Assembly (NCBI GenBank): GCA_041641295.1
Contig: JBEPYO010000001.1
Span: forward strand, 1,184,001-1,248,000
Direction: 5' to 3'
Origin: Nitrososphaerota archaeon
Lineage (GTDB): Archaea > Thermoproteota > Nitrososphaeria_A > Caldarchaeales > Calditenuaceae
DNA length: 64,000 nucleotides
Of the stretch, positions 58,465 through 64,000 are shown piece after piece. The translations under genes and the position numbers were made by a program. The notes beneath the pieces were generated by a model. It ran no database searches. It saw only the letters and a list, made by a program, of their open reading frames with translations, and was not told the DNA's origin. How positions within the stretch are numbered: the first letter of the stretch is position 1; each line of letters begins with the position of its first letter.

Positions 58465-59685
58465 ATGGTGGATGCTGGTGATACCGCGTGGGTATTGGTC
58501 TCGGCTGCGCTGGTAATGTTGATGACTCCGGGTCTCGGCTTCTTCTACGCTGGTCTCTCGAGGAGGAAGAACGTCGTGGCTGTCCTGATGCAGTGCTTTA
58601 TAGCTGTGGCTACAATATCCGTTATCTGGGCGCTCTGGGGGTATAGCTTGGCTTTTGGCCCCAGCCGCGGAGGATTTATAGGGGGTCTCGAATGGTTTGG
58701 CCTTGCCGGAGTTGGCGGCGAGCCTAACCCTGACTACGCGGCCACTATTCCACACTCAACCTACATGCTGTTTCAAGCGATGTTCGCCATAATTACGCCA
58801 GCACTGATAGTGGGCGCATTTGCTGAGCGGGTAAGGTTCGGGCCGTTCCTACTGTTTCTTGTCCTATGGTCTACGCTTGTATACGCACCAATAGCCCATT
58901 GGGTCTGGGGCGTTGGGGGCTGGCTGAGAAGTTTAGGTGCCCTCGACTTCGCTGGCGGTACGGTCGTCCACATAAGCTCCGGAGTCTCGGCCCTTGTGGC
59001 GGCGATGGTGATTGGGAGGCGAATAGGTTATGGTAGCTTCGCGATGGAGCCAAGCAGCCCCACACTCGTCATACTGGGTGCGGGGCTCCTGTGGTTTGGC
59101 TGGTTCGGCTTCAACGGTGGCAGCGCATTGGCCTCAGGTGGTCTAGCCTCGAACGCTTTTATGGTCACACACCTAGCCGCCTCGGCAGCAGCTCTGGCTT
59201 GGATGGTGGCGGGCTGGATACACAAGGGCAAGCCCAGCAGTATTGGGGCTGCGAGCGGAGCTGTGGCAGGTCTAGTAGCCATAACGCCTGCCTCGGGCTT
59301 TGTCGGTCCTCAGGCGGCCCTGGTGATAGGCGGGTTAGCCGGAATCCTATGCTATGCGGGTGTCAATTTGAGGGCTTTGCTCGGTGTTGATGACTCGCTT
59401 GATGTCTGGGGTGTCCACGGTGTCGGTGGTACGTGGGGGGCGATAGCAACGGGAATATTCGCAGATGCCTCGATAAACCCGGCGGGAGCCAATGGCCTTC
59501 TTTTAGGCAATCCGTCATTACTGGGGGTGCAGCTTATAGGTGTGGCCGCAACTTGGGCCTACGCTGGCCTCATGACTTTCATCATAGTCAAGCTGGTGGA
59601 CAGGCTGGTAGGGCTGCGGGTTAAGCCAATGGAGGAAATGATAGGGCTGGATATAACGCAGCACGGTGAATACGTGGTTGTGTAG
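58465..59685 (+). CDS. amtB: Ammonium transporter
   Basis: LMTPGLGFFYAG, FQAMFA, AHWVWG, DFAGGTVVH, WFGWFGFNGGS and DD.LDV.GVHG. Confidence 0.97.
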   Translation: MVDAGDTAWVLVSAALVMLMTPGLGFFYAGLSRRKNVVAVLMQCFIAVATISVIWALWGYSLAFGPSRGGFIGGLEWFGLAGVGGEPNPDYAATIPHSTYMLFQAMFAIITPALIVGAFAERVRFGPFLLFLVLWSTLVYAPIAHWVWGVGGWLRSLGALDFAGGTVVHISSGVSALVAAMVIGRRIGYGSFAMEPSSPTLVILGAGLLWFGWFGFNGGSALASGGLASNAFMVTHLAASAAALAWMVAGWIHKGKPSSIGAASGAVAGLVAITPASGFVGPQAALVIGGLAGILCYAGVNLRALLGVDDSLDVWGVHGVGGTWGAIATGIFADASINPAGANGLLLGNPSLLGVQLIGVAATWAYAGLMTFIIVKLVDRLVGLRVKPMEEMIGLDITQHGEYVVV

Positions 59686-59699
59686 GGGGTGAGGGCTGG

Positions 59700-60041
59700 A
59701 TGAAGATGGTGCACGCAGTTATAAGGCCTGAACTCCTTGAGGAGGTAAAAAGGTCTCTTGAGAAGGAGGGATTCTACGGCCTCACGGTCTACGACGTGAG
59801 AGGACGTGGAAGGCAGGACAGCTTCTCTTGGAAGATAAGGGGCAACGTCTACAAGATAGACCTGCTGCCCAAGCTAAAGATAGAGATAGTGGTTGAAGAT
59901 GAGCAGGCTCATAGGGTCGCAGAGATTATACAGTCGGCTGCCTCGACTGGCGAGATAGGTGATGGAAAAATATTCATAACGCATGTTGAGGAGGCAATCC
60001 GGATAAGGACGGGTGAACGCGGGCCTGAGGCTGTAAAGTAG
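59700..60041 (+). CDS. glnK: P-II nitrogen regulator
   Basis: GRGRQ, LLPK, TGEIGDGKIF and RIRTGE; directly after amtB. Confidence 0.96.
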   Translation: MKMVHAVIRPELLEEVKRSLEKEGFYGLTVYDVRGRGRQDSFSWKIRGNVYKIDLLPKLKIEIVVEDEQAHRVAEIIQSAASTGEIGDGKIFITHVEEAIRIRTGERGPEAVK

Positions 60042-60044
60042 TGC

Positions 60045-61439
60045 CTAGCCTACGCTGCCACTCATCTCAAGCTCTATAAGCCTGTTAAACTCTATCGCAT
60101 ACTCCATAGGGAGTGTTTTTGTGAAGCTCTCTAGGAATCCGAGGACAATCATGTTTAGGGCTTCCTGCTCTGGAATCCCCCTGCTCATCAGGTAGAAGAT
60201 CTGGTCTTCACCTATCCTGCCAACAGTGGCCTCATGCGTAACGGTGGCGTCGTCCTCGTGGATCTCGTTGTACGGGTAGGTATCTGTCCTGGACCGGTCA
60301 TCCAGAATAAGTGCATCGCATCTAACACTTGACTTCACACGCTTAGCACCCCTTGCAACGTGAAGCAAGCCTCTATAGGATGTCCTGCCGCCATCCTTGC
60401 AGACGGACTTAGAGGTTATCCGGCTGGTGGTATCTGGTGCGAGGTGGATTGCCTTGGCGCCTGTGTCTTGGTGCTGGCCCCTTCCCGCAAAGGCGACTGA
60501 GAGGATCTCAGCCCGCGCTCCACGGCCCAGTAGATAGACACTCGGATACTTCATTGTCGCCTTACTCCCTATGTTAGCGTCAACCCACTCGACCACAGCG
60601 TCTTCGTATGCGAAGGCCCTCTTCGTTACGAGGTTGTAAACGTCCGTGCTCCAGTTCTGGAGGGTTGTATACCTTACGTATGCTCCCTTCATGGCAATAA
60701 TCTCTACAACGGCAGAGTGTAGGCTTTCGGAGCTATAGATAGGGGCAGTGCAGCCCTCGATGTAGTGGACCTTGCTTCCAGGCTCGGCTATAATCAACGT
60801 CCTTTCAAACTGGCCTACATTTGCAGCATTAATCCTGAAGTACGCCTGAAGCGGAAACTCGACATGCACGCCCTCTGGGACATAAACGAAGCTCCCCCCA
60901 CTCCAGACGGCAGTGTTTAGTGCCGCGAATTTATTATCATTCGGCGGGACAATTGTCCCGAAGTATCGCTTAACTATTGAGGGATACTCTCGCAGCGCGG
61001 TATCCATGTCGCAGAAAATTACTCCCTGCTTCTCAAGCTCCTTCCTCACATTGTGGTAAACGACCTCCGAGTCATACTGGGCTCCTACGCCTGCGAGAAA
61101 CTTCCTCTCTGCCTCTGGTATCCCTAGCCGGTCAAAGGTCCTCTTTATATATTCGGGAACCTCTTCCCAGCTCTTAAACTTCCTATCAGTTGGGCTTACA
61201 TAGTATCTGATCCTGTCGAAGTCTAGGCCGCTAAGGTCCACTCCCCAATTCGGCATACTCCTCTCAACGAAGTATCTGTAGGCCTTGAGCCGGAGTTCGG
61301 TCATCCAGCCGGGCTCGTCCTTAAGCCTAGAGATCTCTTCGACTACCCGCTCCGAGATTCCTGGTTGGAAGATGTGCTTGTATTCTACCTCGTCTCTGAA
61401 GTTGTATTTGCTGTAGTCAAAACTTATTTCTGCTGTCAT
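60045..61439 (-). CDS. sufB: Fe-S cluster assembly protein SufB
   Basis: [35 protein letters not shown] and HEATVG. Confidence 0.96.
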   Translation of the reverse strand: MTAEISFDYSKYNFRDEVEYKHIFQPGISERVVEEISRLKDEPGWMTELRLKAYRYFVERSMPNWGVDLSGLDFDRIRYYVSPTDRKFKSWEEVPEYIKRTFDRLGIPEAERKFLAGVGAQYDSEVVYHNVRKELEKQGVIFCDMDTALREYPSIVKRYFGTIVPPNDNKFAALNTAVWSGGSFVYVPEGVHVEFPLQAYFRINAANVGQFERTLIIAEPGSKVHYIEGCTAPIYSSESLHSAVVEIIAMKGAYVRYTTLQNWSTDVYNLVTKRAFAYEDAVVEWVDANIGSKATMKYPSVYLLGRGARAEILSVAFAGRGQHQDTGAKAIHLAPDTTSRITSKSVCKDGGRTSYRGLLHVARGAKRVKSSVRCDALILDDRSRTDTYPYNEIHEDDATVTHEATVGRIGEDQIFYLMSRGIPEQEALNMIVLGFLESFTKTLPMEYAIEFNRLIELEMSGSVG

Positions 61440-61449
61440 TAGATTCGAT

Positions 61450-61462
61450 ATAACAGTGTTAT
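61450..61462. promoter_or_regulatory. Palindrome ATAACA-G-TGTTAT between the sufB TATA box and start codon (putative repressor site)
   Basis: Perfect 6-bp inverted repeat; minus-strand CTTATATA at 61475-61468. Confidence 0.45.
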
Positions 61463-61584
61463 TCCTCTATATAAGTTAGTGGCTACAACAACTGGTAGTC
61501 CACCTGCCCAAGTATTTACAACATATATACACACAACCCGTTAATACGACACATTTAAATCATTAAAACACATAGCATTGGTCG

Positions 61585-62079
61585 GTGATAGGAATGCTAG
61601 CACTAGAGCAGGAAAAAGGTCTAACAACGGCGAGTAACAGGAAAATACTTGTGTATGTTGACGGGACAGGCAAGGATGTTAAGGTGCTGGAGGCCGCAGC
61701 TAAGATGGCCATAGAAGAGGGTGCAGAACTTGTCATAATGACGGTTCTGAAGAAGGTTAATAGGGTTCCCGACGAATTTATTAAGTTCGTCAACTCCGAG
61801 AGGTTTACCGACCCTCCACAATACCTCTACTACCAGTACCTTGGTAGGGCAGTACTAGAGCCCTATGTCGCAGTTCTAAGGAATATGAACGTACCCTACG
61901 AGGTTCAGATAGAGTTCGGGGACAAGAAGGAGAGGATCGAGGCCGTCGCTAAATCAATAAAGCCGTACAGGGTTGTCATGTCGGTGAATGGCGGGACACG
62001 GAGGCAGTTCTTTGGTCTCCCGCTCTTCAGGGCTGAGGGAGGCCTCAAGCTCGATTGCCCCATAACGCTGATACCGTAG
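61585..62079 (+). CDS. Universal stress protein-like
   Basis: KILVYVDG, A..MA...AELVI.TV and C-terminal CPITLIP; the ATP-binding loop is degenerate. Confidence 0.7.
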   Translation: MIGMLALEQEKGLTTASNRKILVYVDGTGKDVKVLEAAAKMAIEEGAELVIMTVLKKVNRVPDEFIKFVNSERFTDPPQYLYYQYLGRAVLEPYVAVLRNMNVPYEVQIEFGDKKERIEAVAKSIKPYRVVMSVNGGTRRQFFGLPLFRAEGGLKLDCPITLIP

Positions 62080-62126
62080 AAAGAGAATAGCCATCAGCTA
62101 CGATAGAACTCCACGCACCTTTTAGT

Positions 62127-62381
62127 TTAAGGTGTTTTTATTTTAAATTCTTTTCCCTCACAGTCCACAACGCCCTGCACACGCCTGATGAATGAGACGC
62201 AGTTGTAGCACATCAGGAATGCGACGGCCTGACCGGCTACCGGGCACTCCACGTACTCCTTCTTCATCTTCGCTATCATCTTGTTGCTCAGAGATTTCTT
62301 CAGGCTCTCCACAATGCTCTGGTCTACCTTAAGCGCCTTCTGAGCCGTCTTAACCTCTACACGGTATTGTGGCGACCTCAA
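62127..62381 (-). CDS. Small basic Cys4 (Zn-binding?) hypothetical protein
   Basis: ECPV......FLMCYNC..F.RR..G.VDC. Start taken at TTG 62381, downstream of TTTATTAT. Confidence 0.7.
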   Translation of the reverse strand: MRSPQYRVEVKTAQKALKVDQSIVESLKKSLSNKMIAKMKKEYVECPVAGQAVAFLMCYNCVSFIRRVQGVVDCEGKEFKIKTP

Positions 62382-62480
62382 ATCCTGCTGGCGTGATTGC
62401 TGAGCCGGATAATAAATCATCTGCTATACATCGCGCTTCCATGCGCTGTGTAGGGCTCAGACTGTGTTGCAATGTTAATG

Positions 62481-62636
62481 TTTATATATTGACCAATAGC
62501 TATGTTCAGGCACAGGCGAAGGGTGGTAGTTATTGCTTGGGGCTCTGAACTAGCTCCGTACATCCCATGTGTCGCCGCCACTACTGAAATCTCTGCTCCC
62601 TCCCTTCGCATTCTCCTTCTCTGGTGAGGGTGGGCT
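62481..62636 (+). promoter_or_regulatory. TATA box and long structured 5' leader of leuA/cimA
   Basis: TTTATATA at 62481. GCGAAGGGTGG (62516-62526) and GAGGGTGGG (62626-62634) are both complementary to 62598-62609. Confidence 0.55.
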
Positions 62637-64000
62637 ATGAGCTGGAGAAGTTTCTTGGAGGGGGTATATGCTCTTCCGAGTCGTGTATTCTTCTTCGATA
62701 CTACGCTGAGGGATGGTGAGCAGACTCCGGGTGTTGCGTTGCGCGTGGAGGAGAAGGTGTTGATTGCTGAAGCACTCTCCGACTTGGGAGTTGATGTGAT
62801 AGAGGCGGGTTTCGCCGTAGTCTCGCGGGGCGAGTATGAGGCAGTCAAGAAGATATGTGGCTTGGGGCTGAGCTCAAAGATATGCTCCCTAAGCAGGTGC
62901 GAGAAGAGGGATGTTGACGCCGCTGTCGACGCGGGCTGCGACTGGGTCCACGTATTCATAGCGACCTCCGAACTCCACATGAAGTATAAGCTGAACATGA
63001 CGAGGGAGCAGGTAGTTGAGCGGGCTGTTGAAATGGTTGAATATGCGAAGAGCCGGGGTGTTGTAGTCCACTTCTCGGCTGAGGATGCGACGAGAAGCGA
63101 TCCGGAATTTCTGATGGAGGTATACCGGCGCGTAAGGGATGCGGGGGCTGATAGTTTAGACATTCCTGACACCGTCGGTGTCGCTGTTCCACACGTTATG
63201 AGGTCGCTTGCCAGTAGGGCGAAGCGTGAGACTGGCCTGCCTATCGCAGTCCACTGTCACGACGATATGGGCCTAGCCACGGCTAATACTTTAGCCGGCG
63301 TAGAGGGTGGCGCGGAGATAGTGCACGTCACAGTGAATGGGATTGGTGAGCGGGCTGGAAACACGAGTCTGGAGGAGGTCGCAGTCGCCCTCAAATTCCT
63401 CTACGGAGTCGAGACTGGGATAAGGTATGAAAATATTGCGAAGGTCTCGAGGCTCGTAGCCCGGTTGACAGGAATACCAGTCCCCAAAAACAAGGCCGTC
63501 GTCGGGGAGCACGCCTTCTCCCACGAGAGCGGCATCCATGTACACGGGGTGATCAATAACCCCGCCACATATGAGCCAATCATGCCTGAGCAGGTGGGTA
63601 TGAGCAGGCGGATCATCATCGGTAAGCACTCGGGGGCACACTCGGTCAACATGATTCTAAGACAGTATGGCTTCGTCTTAGAGACTGGCGAGGTCAGGGC
63701 TGTACTAGAGAGGGTGAAGAATGTTGCCGACTCTGGTCATAAGCTGAGCGATCAAGAACTGCTGCAGATTGTAAACGAGGTCGTCGGGTCGAGGGCCGTG
63801 AGGCCTGTAGCTTTAAGGGGCTTCCAGCAGATTACAACCGAGTATGGCGACAGGTGTGTGGCCGAGTTTGAAGTTAACGGCGAGACGCTACGCGTCGAGG
63901 GGGTTGGTGACACACCTCTTAAGTCTGCGATAGACGCTTCGCTGAAGGCGTTTACCAACATTTTAGGAGATATTAAAATCGTTGACTACTCTCTCTTTGC
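62637..64000 (+). CDS. leuA: 2-isopropylmalate/citramalate synthase (LeuA/CimA family), truncated by the window end; missing from the supplied ORF track
   Basis: Manual translation MSWRSFLEGVYALPSRVFFFDTTLRDGEQTPG..., with IEAGF, EDATRS, PDTVG, HCHDDMG, NGIGERAGN, HESGIH and GKHSG. Confidence 0.92.
   Translation, partial: MSWRSFLEGVYALPSRVFFFDTTLRDGEQTPGVALRVEEKVLIAEALSDLGVDVIEAGFAVVSRGEYEAVKKICGLGLSSKICSLSRCEKRDVDAAVDAGCDWVHVFIATSELHMKYKLNMTREQVVERAVEMVEYAKSRGVVVHFSAEDATRSDPEFLMEVYRRVRDAGADSLDIPDTVGVAVPHVMRSLASRAKRETGLPIAVHCHDDMGLATANTLAGVEGGAEIVHVTVNGIGERAGNTSLEEVAVALKFLYGVETGIRYENIAKVSRLVARLTGIPVPKNKAVVGEHAFSHESGIHVHGVINNPATYEPIMPEQVGMSRRIIIGKHSGAHSVNMILRQYGFVLETGEVRAVLERVKNVADSGHKLSDQELLQIVNEVVGSRAVRPVALRGFQQITTEYGDRCVAEFEVNGETLRVEGVGDTPLKSAIDASLKAFTNILGDIKIVDYSLF

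Noticed and set aside
62417-63172. 251-aa minus-strand ORF
   Set aside because: Antisense shadow of leuA/cimA, which the ORF track missed because it runs off the window.
1-64000. CRISPR arrays, tRNA/rRNA genes, IS elements, inteins
   Set aside because: No regularly spaced repeats, cloverleaf or T-loop signatures, transposase ORFs or oversized RFC/Cdc6/Top6A were seen. Small C/D sRNAs cannot be excluded by eye.

Overview
Gene-dense archaeal chromosomal window. EF-2 with a diphthamide loop, eS8, eS26, SRP19, Gar1, Alba, Cdc6/Orc1, RFC and Topo VI-A point to a TACK-type archaeon; Aigarchaeota/Caldarchaeales is my inference. It holds about 60 protein genes for translation, replication, central metabolism and transport. 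I found no tRNA, rRNA, CRISPR array or transposase. The features most worth following up are: (1) a divergent cluster of a membrane-anchored wHTH regulator facing Met/His-rich surface proteins and a CopG/DUF411 protein, with TGAAAC repeats in the shared promoter, suggesting a copper-sensing system; (2) a structured leader of about 125 nt upstream of leuA/cimA with mutually exclusive anti-SD pairings and a Leu/Ile/Val-rich uORF; (3) an AT-richer Dpp/Opp ABC operon that appears to have replaced a native one, leaving a dppC 3' stub, a dppA 3' stub and orphan ATPases; (4) an AsnRS-like asparagine synthetase paired with an Fe-S-less glutamate-synthase-like FMN protein, whose promoter shares blocks with the amtB promoter; (5) a top6A-metallophosphoesterase-SWIM operon with no adjacent top6B; (6) an acidic eL33(L35Ae)-like protein. 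All family calls come from motif recognition by eye; no database searches were run.
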